This document shows, one piece after another, positions 1 through 10,417 of a stretch of DNA of 64,000 nucleotides (within the stretch, counting starts at the first letter, position 1; each line of letters begins with the position of its first letter). This stretch comes from Candidatus Bathyarchaeota archaeon (GTDB lineage: Archaea > Thermoproteota > Bathyarchaeia > 40CM-2-53-6 > RBG-13-38-9), in the NCBI GenBank assembly GCA_963807605.1, contig CAWECG010000003.1, positions 32,001 through 96,000 of the forward strand. Reading direction: 5' to 3'. The notes beneath the pieces are model-generated. The model was not told where the DNA came from. It saw only the letters and a program-made list of their open reading frames with translations, and ran no database searches. The translations under genes and the position numbers were made by a program.

Positions 1-868
1 TACCTCGACCGGGTCAGGCACGGCTAATGTATACCCACGTTGGTCTGCGGACGGTACAAAAATAGTATTCGCAAGCTTCAGGACTGGCGTATCCGCGATC
101 TGGGTGATGAATGCTGACGGATCAGGACAGAATCAAATAACCCATCCACCAGCTTCTACAAGTAACTATGAACCGGCCTTTTCTCCTGACGGATCAAAGA
201 TTGTATTCACAAACGAATCATCAACTACTACTAACATTTGGGTGACTAATGTTGACGGCTCAAACCAGAAGCAACTGACTATAGGATCTGAGCAAGACAA
301 TTTTCCTGTCTGGTCTCCTGACGGGTCGAAGATAGCATTTATGAGATATCCAGTATCCGGCAACGAACACATCTTTATAATGAATCCTGACGGCTCAAGC
401 CAGACCGACATAAGCAAGGATCCTAGCGCACAAGACTACTACCCTGAATGGTCCCCTGACGGACGGATGATTGCATTCAGTAGCTTCCCCAGTTTTGCGA
501 TCTGGGTTATGAATGCTGACGGTTCAGGCAGGAAGCAACTGAGCACTCCTGCTAATGGATTAACAGATGTCTTTCCCGCTTGGTCTCCTGACGGAACAAA
601 GATCGCATTCACCAGAGGCGGACTCGCTAGCATAATTGTGATGAATGCAGACGGCTCAAATCCAACTGACATAACCCAATCACAGCCAAACTCAATCACC
701 GACACTACTCCAAACTGGCAGCCTCTGTTCCTGCCTCCGCCCGCAAGACCTGTAGGCGGAGTCACCCTACCAACCAACAAGCTTGAGATTCTAACACCCT
801 CCCTAACCTTAGTAGGACTAGCCGCTGCAGTATCCGCAGTTGTAGTAGTTAAGAGAAGAAGAGACTAA
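1..868 (+). CDS. TolB-like/PD40 beta-propeller surface protein with C-terminal sorting/anchor tail (5' partial)
   Basis: Repeated P-x-W-S-P-D-G-x-K-I-A-F units. The frame is open from position 2. C-terminal PVGG..NKLE + TM + KRRRD. Confidence 0.85.
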   Translation, partial: TSTGSGTANVYPRWSADGTKIVFASFRTGVSAIWVMNADGSGQNQITHPPASTSNYEPAFSPDGSKIVFTNESSTTTNIWVTNVDGSNQKQLTIGSEQDNFPVWSPDGSKIAFMRYPVSGNEHIFIMNPDGSSQTDISKDPSAQDYYPEWSPDGRMIAFSSFPSFAIWVMNADGSGRKQLSTPANGLTDVFPAWSPDGTKIAFTRGGLASIIVMNADGSNPTDITQSQPNSITDTTPNWQPLFLPPPARPVGGVTLPTNKLEILTPSLTLVGLAAAVSAVVVVKRRRD

Positions 869-962
869 CCAAAACATCCTTCCTCTTTTTTCGTAACTTC
901 CTAGCATACTTTCTTTTTCACAATCTGCCGGGCGAAGCGAGGCATATCTTTTTTCGTCGTCG
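749..962 (+). repeat. Sorting-tail + 3' UTR module, copy 1 (copy 2 at 22009-22225, minus strand)
   Basis: 8 mismatches in 120 coding nt. Similarity continues through the 3' UTR to a (GTC)n tail. Confidence 0.9.
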
Positions 963-981
963 TATCCCTTGGTGAGCACAC
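955..981 (-). repeat. Array site 1: (CGT)n tail - core TATCCCTTGGTGAG (963-976) - CACAC
   Basis: Read directly. Exact reverse complement of the core at 17787-17800. Confidence 0.9.
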
Positions 982-982
982 C

Positions 983-1411
983 TATGAGAATGGAGAGTCT
1001 GTACCAGTTAAATGGTCTTCCCATGGACTGGGGCATCTGCTCCATGAAAACGAGCAAGAATGGGAGAAAGCTCTGTGGACTAACATTCTACGATACGCAT
1101 TAGGCAAAATTTCCAAAGAGGAATTGCTAGCACCGTATGCAACTGAGTATGCCGTGGCAAAACTAAGTTTGACTAAACCTCACCTTCTCAAGAGAGTCAA
1201 GGCCATAAACAAAGTAACATCAATGACCAAGCGGATCAGGCCCTACAATTTCGTTCTAGCTGGGTCTCCCGCCAGAGTAGACCAAAGAGGCAAACCCATC
1301 ATTCCGCTGACAAATTTCACCAGAGAATATGATCTAGCTCCACATCAAACGTTCGTTGATGCCAGGAGTGGCAAACACTAGACAGAATACACCGAATCAT
1401 ACTGGAGAAGA
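983..1411 (+). pseudogene. C-terminal fragment of casposon-type family B DNA polymerase
   Basis: Translates as YENGESVPVKWSSHGLGHLLH...WEKALW...AVAKLSLTKP...RIRPYNFVLAG. SxHGLGHLL and I(K/R)P(F/Y)NF are motifs I recall from casposon PolB. No start codon, internal TAG. Confidence 0.65.
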
Positions 1412-2250
1412 TGAATAAGGGGTAGGAGGGTGGACAATACGCCTATCCAGAGGTCTTCATCAGGCTCCTAGGCTACATGCGCATGTTCTTCCACCTGCCC
1501 TACCGGCAGACAGAAGGACTCCTGAAAGCACTGAGAAGATTCGACTCAAGGATCAAAGTGCCTGACTAAACTATCGACAGGCGTGTGAACAAGTTGGATG
1601 AAAAAATCTTTGGAGATGACATAGTCCTGGCGGTGGATGCTTCAGGCATCAAGGTAGCTAACCGCGGCGAATGGATGCGCGACAAATGGAAGATCAGACG
1701 CGGATACCTAAAGATCCACATCGCGGTGGATGTGAAGCAGAAGAAGATCCTGGCGCTAGAGGTGACCGATGAAAAAGTGGGAGATGGACAAATGCTCAAG
1801 CCGCTGGTTGAGGAAGCCTCCAAGAAGAGTAAGGTCGCTAAAACAATTGGCGACGGAGCATACGATATGGAAAGCAACTTTCACTACCTCGACGCAAAAG
1901 GGATTGAGTCACGCATCAAGGTGCGGAAGAACACATCCAGCAGAGCCGGAGGATGCACGCCCCGCAAACTCGCAGCCCAAAAATACCTGCAGGACCCGTA
2001 AGCCTGGAAACGCAAGCATGGCTACGGCCAGCGCTGGATGGCTGAAACCGCCTTCTCGTCCTTCAAGCGAACCTTTGGAGAATATGTCTCAGCCAAAACG
2101 ATGCAAAACATGGCGAAGGAAATGATGATCAAAGCCTCACTATACAACATGCTGATAGAAACGACCACAGCAACACAAGGCTAGACGAAACCTGAAGACA
2201 GCCAACAAAAGCGAAAAGCATCACCGAAACCTAGTCGCGCAACACAGCAC
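1402..2250 (+). mobile_element. IS5-family (IS903-like) transposase remnant
   Basis: LPYRQTEG, VDASGIK, RRGYLKIHIAVD, GDGAYD, RWMAETAFSSFKR. Broken by stops/frameshift. Right end GCAACACAGC near 2240-2249. Confidence 0.85.
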
Positions 2251-2306
2251 ACACGACCAAAGTTTTAAATCAATCAATCTGAAATTTCTAGATAGGTGCA
2301 TCTGGT

Positions 2307-2645
2307 TTGGTAAGTCGTTCCATAATAGCGATAGTGGTTGTCATAGTGATAATTGCTGTGGCTGGAGTCTACTATATCTCTAGATCTCCTGCCCCGACTC
2401 CGCAATACTCACCTCCTCAGTCTACGACGCCAACCGTCGCTGCAGACGGTGCAGCATTGTACAAAGACAACTGTGAAGCGTGCCATGGTGCAAAGGGTGT
2501 TGGAGGGAAAGGCCCCGTGCTCACTGCCAGCAATGTAAACAGAAATACAATAGAGAAAGGTAATATCGATAAAGGTATGCCAGCATTTGGGACTACACTC
2601 ACTCCGGATCAGATTACAGCGATACTACAGTACTTGACATCCTGA
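2307..2645 (+). CDS. Membrane-anchored monoheme class I cytochrome c
   Basis: N-terminal TM, CEACH heme motif, distal GMPAF Met ligand. Confidence 0.85.
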   Translation: MVSRSIIAIVVVIVIIAVAGVYYISRSPAPTPQYSPPQSTTPTVAADGAALYKDNCEACHGAKGVGGKGPVLTASNVNRNTIEKGNIDKGMPAFGTTLTPDQITAILQYLTS

Positions 2646-3143
2646 GTAGAAATGGTAAAATCTCAACTCCTGTAGTGTAGGCGTTTTTCCCGGCCTGCGT
2701 CATTATGGCTCGATGATAGGTGATGGTCCAAGGAGCATTCAGTAGAGCCTACGCTGGCTTATGCAGAGCTTGAAGACGTTTCAGAATGTTCCGGTGCCTT
2801 GAAAGTAACTCAAGAACTCCGTCAAGGGCCCTCATCCAGCGAGCGCATCCCTCCAAACTTATCGAATCAAAGTATGTTGCCATTGAGAGGTAAAGGTAGG
2901 CCGAATGAAACTAAATGTTCAACTGTTCATTCAAGGCATCTAAGATTTTCTTGCCAATCATTTTTCTCACACTTTTGTATGTAGACTTCAAGGGGCTGAT
3001 AGCTACTTAATGCTATAGCGTCGACGTTGTGAATAGGTATCCCCTTTTAACAAGAGTCAAAGAATACGGCTTGGAATGTTGTGAACGTCTTCGATCGAAC
3101 TTAATAGGTGCCAGTTCCTAATTGAAATTTAAGTAGGTTTTGT

Positions 3144-3458
3144 ATGCCAATAGATCCAGATTTTGCAAAGAAACTCAAGAAGCATGGCCAGCACAATGGA
3201 CATGATGTTTGGGGCGAAGTGCAACCTCCAGAAAAGCTGGGAATTCACGGCACCAGCGTAGCCGTGGATCATGAAGTTTGTGACGGGGACGCCATCTGCG
3301 TACAGGTCTGCCCGGTTAACGTATACGAAATGATCGATAGCCCAGGACACCCGAAGTCGGACAAGAAATCAGATCCCGTCAGAGAGTCCGACTGCATCTT
3401 TTGCATGGCCTGCGAGATCTCGTGTCCACCCAAGGCAATCAAAATAACCCAGAAATAG
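3144..3458 (+). CDS. zfx: Zinc-containing dicluster ferredoxin
   Basis: N-terminal IDP..H.GH.VWG....KLGIHG extension plus CDGDAICVQVCP and CIFCMACEISCP. Confidence 0.85.
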   Translation: MPIDPDFAKKLKKHGQHNGHDVWGEVQPPEKLGIHGTSVAVDHEVCDGDAICVQVCPVNVYEMIDSPGHPKSDKKSDPVRESDCIFCMACEISCPPKAIKITQK

Positions 3459-3508
3459 AAAACCAGAAATCAACTTCAATCCCCTCGAAAATCTGACAGA
3501 ACCCTCTT

Positions 3509-3700
3509 CTAACTCACCTTTTTCAACCATTTTTTTATTATTCTTCTTATCGTATACTCAGGGATATTTGTTATAATCTGTTGTATGCTCCGAAGGTTGG
3601 CAACCAATTCAGTTCTAAGATATTCTTTAATTTTGATCCCAATTTCTTCATTTGAGATAGGAGATGATGTTTGAGAATATTGAATATAGGTTCTCCTCAT
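3509..3700 (-). CDS. Hypothetical protein (AT-rich)
   Basis: Start overlaps the stop of the upstream ORF (ATGA). Confidence 0.4.
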   Translation of the reverse strand: MRRTYIQYSQTSSPISNEEIGIKIKEYLRTELVANLRSIQQIITNIPEYTIRRIIKKWLKKVS

Positions 3701-3969
3701 TGCCTTCCACCACCATAACTATTATAGAAAAATAAGGCGAATTGTGAGCCGAACTCTCCCACGGTATAGATTTTCACTCCTTCATGTTCACCTACGGCGT
3801 CTCTAATTCTATCTGCAACCTTTCTATCCGCTAAAATCACAAGATATTGTAACCCCTCTGCTGTTGCTTTTTGGACCTGTTCCTCTACCATATTCCTTAA
3901 TTCTTCTAAAGTTGCTTTTTCACTAATGCTGAGACTAATCCCTCCGTCTATTGCTCCCCACCCAGCCAA
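3697..3969 (-). CDS. Hypothetical protein
   Basis: 90-aa ORF with protein-like composition. Confidence 0.5.
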   Translation of the reverse strand: MAGWGAIDGGISLSISEKATLEELRNMVEEQVQKATAEGLQYLVILADRKVADRIRDAVGEHEGVKIYTVGEFGSQFALFFYNSYGGGRQ

Positions 3970-4019
3970 AACTACGTTGGACTTTGTATTGTGTTCAAAA
4001 TTGGTTGTAACCTCAACTC

Positions 4020-4161
4020 ATCCATATCGCCAGTGACAAACCCTTTATTCTGGAAACCACGAACTAGGCAAGAGAAACACCACAAGACTGCATAGAGTCG
4101 GGAATGAAAAGGGAAATGAAAATGTAGGCGGTCGCACCACTCCAGCAATGAATAGATACAA
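4020..4161 (+). repeat. ~142-bp dispersed repeat with a tRNA-Gly-like 3' end (att remnant); copy 2 at 21054-21195, partial copy at 27902-27940
   Basis: Near-identical sequence in both copies; GGCGG(T/C)CGCACCA followed by CTC(C/T)AGCAATGAATAGATAC. Confidence 0.85.
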
Positions 4162-4383
4162 CTGATGGAATCTTTGCGCCACACACAAGAACTAGACAGT
4201 TATTCAGAATCCGCAAAGAGTCGGGTCATATGATGAGGCTAGTTATTAGTACCGTAACCTTTTTCTATGCAGCATAGCGCGCGCGTTTTGGGATACTAGC
4301 ACAATTACATTGTGTAATGGTCGCGCCTAACTTCTGGGAGAAAATAAGGATAAAGAAGGTTGGAAAGCAGGCTAGTGTTGGCT

Positions 4384-5094
4384 TCACATCTCATTGTGGC
4401 TACGCGCGTGTACGAGATATGTCGCAACAGCTAGAATCGCAATCATTACTCCAATAAGCGTAACTAGGCTATTCGTATCCAGAAGCGGTTGAGCAACCAG
4501 TGCTGCTTGAGTAGATGCAGGTGATACAGTCGTTGATGGAACAGTCTGGGTAGTACTCGACGTAGGCGATGAAGAAGGGGCAGTTTGTGGTGGACTAGGT
4601 GAGGCTACGTTTGGAATCCGAGGGCATCCGGAACAGTCCGCGATGATTTTGAAACTATCAAAGCCTACGATGGTATTGCCGGAGAGAACAGGATTAACTA
4701 GGATCACGCAGGTATGAGGTGTGCGAATCACGGACTTAGCGTCATACCAGCTATACACCTTCTCTGTTGAACATTGGTGCAGATATTCAGGAAGACCGTC
4801 GTGATCATCGTCCTCGACGAATCCGCATATCACTGTTGGAGGCGATGATCCTAATGGTGGTTGACCATTTGCTATTCTAATGTGCGCAACAGGAATGATG
4901 CTAGCGATTATCAGGAGGACTATTGGTAGAATCGAACCTTTGCGAGGCATGACCAGTGTCCTTGCTCTTTGCATCGTTATTGAGCTCTTCATAAGCATTT
5001 CCGCCCGCTTGGCATAGGTGCAAATCTGAGGATCATGCGAAAATGCGCTCCTGCGGTAGCTAGAGCAAGCAGAATTCCTAGGGATGATGGCCAT
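4384..5094 (-). CDS. Secreted/membrane-anchored protein with Ser/Thr/Pro linker (true start probably downstream of the annotated one)
   Basis: Hydrophobic signal segment, Cys-containing domain, S/T/P-rich linker, C-terminal TM. Confidence 0.6.
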   Translation of the reverse strand: MAIIPRNSACSSYRRSAFSHDPQICTYAKRAEMLMKSSITMQRARTLVMPRKGSILPIVLLIIASIIPVAHIRIANGQPPLGSSPPTVICGFVEDDDHDGLPEYLHQCSTEKVYSWYDAKSVIRTPHTCVILVNPVLSGNTIVGFDSFKIIADCSGCPRIPNVASPSPPQTAPSSSPTSSTTQTVPSTTVSPASTQAALVAQPLLDTNSLVTLIGVMIAILAVATYLVHARSHNEM

Positions 5095-5124
5095 GCTCGA
5101 TGCTTTTGGCTAGCTTGCTAGCCA

Positions 5125-5586
5125 TCAGCACGCGCGGCTCGATTGAGGTGATGTTGGCGGGTTCTCGCGTCTCCATGAGATGTTTATCGGACCGGCTTGG
5201 CCAGCATGAGTTATTGCTGTGTCACCTGTTACGTTGTCCGCTACGCAGATGTAGAGGAAGAAGTCACCGACCGTGTCAGTGAGTATGGCACCGTCAGGGG
5301 AGTAGTAGTTTCTTTGATCACTTGGCGGAACGTAGAGGCTTCCAGGCAGCAGAAATGCTATGTGGCCCGGAGCATGTCCGCCAAAGTCTTTCGGAGTATG
5401 GAATCTTGGTTGGCCGTTGCCAGCTACATTAGTTGGACTGACTGGAAGGCCGCCTGCGGTCGTCTCTCCAATCTTTCCTGGCAGTTGGTCACCCAATGTG
5501 TAGTGGGCTGCGACCTGCTGTACAGTAGCTAAGGCAGCTAATACAAACATAGTTACGCAGAGCGTTGCGAGTATTTTTGTAATCAT
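5125..5586 (-). pseudogene. Secreted protein, apparently truncated at a CGCGCG junction
   Basis: Signal peptide present. The ORF ends ...SS-RAC* across CGCGCG at 5131-5136. Confidence 0.5.
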
Positions 5587-5821
5587 GTTCTACTTCTCTA
5601 GGCCACTTCAATTCAGTTGTTGAAGGGAATTGGATAGCTGACGTGAGCGCTAACATTAGATGCAAAACTGGTATTTTTAAGATTTAATTCAATCTAGTCG
5701 TATCCAGATTTTTTATGTCTGGCAACGGCCTTGTTTGACCTAGGCAAGGCCAGCGAATCTTTAGGGAGATAGGGAAAAACTAGTTTGACGGCGTCTATGG
5801 CCTGAGAGATCCGGTAGAATT

Positions 5822-7465
5822 CTATGTGGCTACTATCTTGTAAGGTCGCATCATTGAGTTGTCTTCGTGTTCGAGGATGTGGCAGTGCCAGACGTAGTTC
5901 CCACCTGTAGTAGTGGGATTGAAGGTATTATAGGGACCGAATTTTACGATGATGCGTGTTATCGTCTCTGTGTTCGCTCTGACGGTGTCCTTCCAGCCTG
6001 CCTCATTGGGGTCAGGTGGCCCGGCAGGGCCCTCAAAATCAATCTCCTTTTTTCCTTTGTATGTTTCAACATCGTATGGTTGTCTATCGAGAATCTGAAA
6101 TTGTACGGCGTGTAGGTGAATGGGATGTGTGTCTTCTGTGGTGGTTATCAGGCGCCAGATCTCGGTTGCGCCGAGTTTGGGGTTCTCAGTTATCGGATCA
6201 TCCCACATTGAGCCATTGAGTTTCAGTATTACGGAGTTGCCCTGCTTGGATTTATTCTCGTCTAGAGTCAAATCCCTGACTGGCGTTGTTGGGGTCTGAA
6301 CTAAGGGCACGAATGGCATGGTGGCTGGGATAGTGCTGTTGTCTGGTTGTGTAAGCGGTACCACTCTGAACTGCATGACCTCAGGAATCACAAGCTCGAC
6401 TCCATTTGGAAACGGCGCCTTAGCGTCATTTGTCAGGAGTATCTGAGTTCCTGGTGAAACACCTGTAAAGTCGACAATTACGTCAGCCCGTTCTGCTGGA
6501 GAAATCAAGAGCTTCTTCACTTGCACAGACGAGGGCAAGAAACCGCCGTCAGTCCCGATCTGATGGAAGATTTGGCCCGAGTCAAGACTTAACCTGTAGA
6601 AGCGAGAGTTCGAGCCGTTCAAAAAGTGGAATCGGTACTTTCGCGGCTCCACCTCAAGAAACGGCCAAACCTTGCCGTTCACTAGTATGGTATCACCGAA
6701 GAATTCAGGAACCCAGACAGGAGGGGTTTCAGGATCCCCCTGACCTTTAGTCGGGTAGAACAGCGAACCGTCGGTGTTGAAGGTCCGGTCTTGGATAACA
6801 AGCGGGATCTCATACTTCTCTTTTGGAAGGTTAAGCCCATCCTCAACCGCGTCACGGATCAAATAGAAGCCTGCCAGCCCCGAGATAACGTTGAGGCGCG
6901 TTATTCCAATAGCGTGGTCATGATACCAAAGGGTAGAAGCTGGGTTCTCGTTGGGATAGTAATAGGTGCTGGATCCTCCAGGAGGAAACCACGCCTCAGG
7001 ATACCCGTCGCTTGCCGGAGGCGTGAACCCACCGTGCAAGTGGACAACATTGCGGACCTCATGGCCAGTAGTTTCTGCGCCGTGAATCGTATGGTCTATT
7101 GAACTTGCGAGTAAATGTGTGGTGGGCAGGTGACTTATCCATTTCACCTGTATTGGGCTGCCTGTTCGAACTTCGAATGTGGGACCGGGATACGTACCGT
7201 TGTATCCCCACAGTGTTGTTGGTGGAAGCTGACTGTGAAGTTTCTGTGTGAACTGAGTCATTTCCACTTCGTAGTTGGTGCCTCCTGGCTCGGTAGGCTG
7301 CACGACCTTTGGAATAGGCAAGGGATCCACATACTTGGTGAGGGTGCTTGGTTCAAGCGGAGCCGGTGGGTGGAAAGCGTACTTTGATAAGGCCGCACCT
7401 ATGGCGACCGCACCTGCTAGGCCTCCTAGAGCCTTTAAGAATGTTCTTCTCTTCATTCGAAGCAT
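5822..7465 (-). CDS. Tat-exported multicopper oxidase (CotA/bilirubin oxidase-like)
   Basis: KRRTFLK Tat signal; HLHG, WYHDH, HPIHLH and WHCHILEHED copper motifs. Confidence 0.93.
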   Translation of the reverse strand: MLRMKRRTFLKALGGLAGAVAIGAALSKYAFHPPAPLEPSTLTKYVDPLPIPKVVQPTEPGGTNYEVEMTQFTQKLHSQLPPTTLWGYNGTYPGPTFEVRTGSPIQVKWISHLPTTHLLASSIDHTIHGAETTGHEVRNVVHLHGGFTPPASDGYPEAWFPPGGSSTYYYPNENPASTLWYHDHAIGITRLNVISGLAGFYLIRDAVEDGLNLPKEKYEIPLVIQDRTFNTDGSLFYPTKGQGDPETPPVWVPEFFGDTILVNGKVWPFLEVEPRKYRFHFLNGSNSRFYRLSLDSGQIFHQIGTDGGFLPSSVQVKKLLISPAERADVIVDFTGVSPGTQILLTNDAKAPFPNGVELVIPEVMQFRVVPLTQPDNSTIPATMPFVPLVQTPTTPVRDLTLDENKSKQGNSVILKLNGSMWDDPITENPKLGATEIWRLITTTEDTHPIHLHAVQFQILDRQPYDVETYKGKKEIDFEGPAGPPDPNEAGWKDTVRANTETITRIIVKFGPYNTFNPTTTGGNYVWHCHILEHEDNSMMRPYKIVAT

Positions 7466-7609
7466 CTTGACGACCTTCGGTTAAACATGCCAAATGCTGG
7501 AAAGTCAGGATTCATATTAAATACACGCGTTGTTAAGCAAATCGCTTCCTACAAGGGCTCGTACGAGCGTGCTTGACCGTGTTCCGTGAGATAAGCGCGC
7601 GCTGGCCTG

Positions 7610-7685
7610 ACTTACACGTGTAATTTACACGTCGATTTCCAGACTTACACGATCCAGCTATAACGCCGTTATTCCCTATATCCCC
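7610..7685 (+). mobile_element. Casposon-like terminus remnant A1 (CACGT iterons ... CCTATATCCCC)
   Basis: About 85-90% identical by eye to 9310-9383 and 17710-17786. Abuts the core at 7686-7699. Confidence 0.7.
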
Positions 7686-7824
<139 letters not shown>

Positions 7825-7865
7825 ACCTGCTTAGCGCCCTTGTGGTAAAGAAGGTGTGGCGCTCT

Positions 7866-8633
7866 TTAGGTCAGAACTTTCTCTTGTATGAAGGCGCCGT
7901 GCCAGGTGTGGTACCATACCTGACCGGTGTAGCCGTTGACGCTTAACATTCCGTATATCTTGCCATCCTTGAGGACGTGCAGGGTATAGTATCCGTAGAA
8001 GGTTTCTGGTTCTTCTAGTGAGGCGCCTGGAAGGTTCGAGTCTAGGTAGGTTTGGGCTAGCTGCTTTGCATCTGTCTTTGTAACCGACATATTAGCTGTA
8101 GGCACTCCACTGTATGGTTGGTAGCCCCATCCACGGCCCATCATTCCTCCGCCTTGACTCCAGCCACCACCCATAGGGCCCCAACCGGCCATCTGTCCGT
8201 ACTTGGTGTTCCACATCATGCTTGGCCCTTGCTCTAGATGGATTATTCCCATCATCCCGCCCATTCCGCTTAGGCCGACTGCTTTCTCGATGATTCCTTC
8301 GAAGGCGTCGATCCCTGTGCTCTTCTCGTAGGCAATGAAGTAGTAGTTATACTGGAACTCCATGATCTCTTTGACGGCTAAGTCAGGGTATCCTAAGGAT
8401 GCTACCCAGATCTTCGCCACCTGTGCTGCCTCATTGATATTCCTTGGAATTGCCGGGTAGGGTTGGTAGGATCCTGTAGTTGGAGTTGGAAATGTTGGGA
8501 AGGGAGTCGTTTGCGCTGGAAATGTAGTTATCTGGCCTGTGTATGTTGGTGCCCATTGTACTGTTGAGAATGCGGCTAACCCTACGATGCCTATTATGAT
8601 TAGGACTACTCCAAGCAGGATCCTTCTGTTCAT
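7866..8633 (-). CDS. Secreted PepSY-like protein with Met/Gly-rich segment
   Basis: N-terminal TM, PSMMWNTKYG, FYGYYT, GMLSVNGYTGQVWYHTWHG. Confidence 0.75.
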   Translation of the reverse strand: MNRRILLGVVLIIIGIVGLAAFSTVQWAPTYTGQITTFPAQTTPFPTFPTPTTGSYQPYPAIPRNINEAAQVAKIWVASLGYPDLAVKEIMEFQYNYYFIAYEKSTGIDAFEGIIEKAVGLSGMGGMMGIIHLEQGPSMMWNTKYGQMAGWGPMGGGWSQGGGMMGRGWGYQPYSGVPTANMSVTKTDAKQLAQTYLDSNLPGASLEEPETFYGYYTLHVLKDGKIYGMLSVNGYTGQVWYHTWHGAFIQEKVLT

Positions 8634-8646
8634 TCTGTTGCTCCTC

Positions 8647-9039
8647 TTAGGAGAGTTCCTGCTTCATTCGTTCGTAGTCTTCTTTTGTTATCTCGCCCTT
8701 GGCATATCGTTCCTTTAGGATCTCAAGTGGTCTGTTGCTTGGTGCTGGACTCGCGGGTGCTGGTCTGCCTCCGCCTACGAGGTAGTAGATTCCAAACGCT
8801 ATCAGACCGATGAAGATCAGGAATACGATTATTCGGACGATTGCGCCGAGCCAGTTGAAGCCGTAACCATAGCCATATCCTCCATAGCCCATCATGCCAC
8901 CGTACCCACCGTTCGGGCCGTAGCCACCCATCATGCCTGGGCCCATAAAACCTCCTCCCATGAACATCAAGGGCCCTGCGAAGACTATTATCAAGATAAT
9001 GACTAGGAGGATGATCCAACCGCTGCTTCTATCGCTCAT
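8647..9039 (-). CDS. SHOCT-domain membrane protein with GMMG repeats
   Basis: Two TMs; C-terminal LEILKERYAKGEITKEDY. Confidence 0.85.
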   Translation of the reverse strand: MSDRSSGWIILLVIILIIVFAGPLMFMGGGFMGPGMMGGYGPNGGYGGMMGYGGYGYGYGFNWLGAIVRIIVFLIFIGLIAFGIYYLVGGGRPAPASPAPSNRPLEILKERYAKGEITKEDYERMKQELS

Positions 9040-9309
9040 ATGTTCATCTCAGTTTATTTTGTGTTCAAAGCTCGATAAAACCATGTTGTTCCTCATCGAG
9101 AAGGTTATTCCAAAGAACCCTTTTCTTACACACTATTTAGCAACATCCTGTATTTGTTGGACGCAGGGTATCACAGACTATTTAGGGAGTTTTCAGAATT
9201 TAGCCCACTTCGCCACCAAATCTAACCCAAATAGTGGCCCCGGAAGTCAAGCTGAATCATATTTCTTTCCAAGAAAACAGACTAACATGCATTTGGGATA
9301 CTAGCACAA

Positions 9310-9400
9310 TTACACGTGATATTTACACGTCGAATTTCAGACTTCCACGATCCAGCCATAACCCCGTTATTACCTATATCCCCATCACCGAGGGGCACAC
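9310..9400 (+). mobile_element. Casposon-like terminus A2 + array site 3 (core ATCACCGAGGGGCA, 9384-9397)
   Basis: GTTATTACCTATATCCCC directly followed by a core 11/14 identical to consensus. Confidence 0.7.
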
Positions 9401-9437
9401 AACTGTAATGGCTAGCTAAGGTTAAGGACGTTCGTAA

Positions 9438-9959
9438 CTATGGCAGTCCTGGCTGACTCGGTGGTAAGGCGAATTTTATGAATGGAAAGCCTGTAGCCAC
9501 ATGACAGTTATTGCATCCTTCTATTCCATTGTTGTATGCTGTCTCGAACTGATTCCAATCCTTCGCGTCTATAGCCTTGTCCAGAGGGTCGAGGTAGGCA
9601 CTTTCGAAAGCCTTGAGTAAAGGCGCTCTCCCCGGCCTCGTAGTCTCCCCCACCTCCTGTATCTCCCTAGCTTCTGTCAACTGGTATTTTGCAAGATCCC
9701 AATTACCAGCCTTAGCTGCATAGTAGATTTCATAATATCTCTGGCCGTACTCGATCATTACAGTGCCCAACCCAGGCTGAAGTTCAGCAATCTGGCCCAA
9801 TGTCAGATTACCATGCGAAGTTTTCAACGTAACGTTTTCAGCTCCACTGTAGGGTAGCTGCGAAACTTGAGCAGCTCGAAAGTTCAAGACCAAAGATGTG
9901 GTTGCAACTCCGAGAGCCACAAACGCAATGATTATTGCAACGGCAATACTACGTTCCAT
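9438..9959 (-). CDS. Membrane-anchored helical-bundle c-type cytochrome-like protein
   Basis: N-terminal TM, C-terminal CNNCH. Confidence 0.7.
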   Translation of the reverse strand: MERSIAVAIIIAFVALGVATTSLVLNFRAAQVSQLPYSGAENVTLKTSHGNLTLGQIAELQPGLGTVMIEYGQRYYEIYYAAKAGNWDLAKYQLTEAREIQEVGETTRPGRAPLLKAFESAYLDPLDKAIDAKDWNQFETAYNNGIEGCNNCHVATGFPFIKFALPPSQPGLP

Positions 9960-10298
9960 ATTAAATGACTGTTTTCAATCACAAATTTAAGCTTGGTGTG
10001 CACTTAACACAGCGTGTGCGCTAGAAACCATACGCGCGCGCACTACAATAACGGCTCGCTACGCTCGCCGAGTCCGAAGAACGGATGAATTGCGATTCTA
10101 CTGTCTCTCGATTCAGTTGGAGCGTTCAAAGTACTTTCTAAAATCACTTTCAGGCGTGAGCGATCAAGCGACGCATCGCCTGGCGGAAACGTTCCTCGCT
10201 CTCACGCAGGACTTGCTCCGCGTTCTTTTGCCGGGTAATGTCTCGCGCAATTGTTGAAGCACCAACTATCTTGTCGGCAGAATTTGAACTCTAGTTTT

Positions 10299-10329
10299 GT
10301 GTGTGCTCACCAGCTATGGCGACGACGAC
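10299..10329 (+). repeat. Array site 4: GTGTGTG - CTCACCAGCTATGG - CGACGACGAC
   Basis: Read directly. Confidence 0.9.
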
Positions 10330-10417
10330 CAAAAGCGCGCTCTTCCGTTTTGGAGTATAGGTGGATAGCAAAGAGATTTAAAATATTCTAATAATAATTT
10401 CAGTCTGGGGATTAAGA

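Noticed and set aside
10045-10260. Integron attC site
   Set aside because: GCTCGCTACGCTCG resembles attC loops, but I could not find paired R''/R' boxes and there is no IntI in the window.
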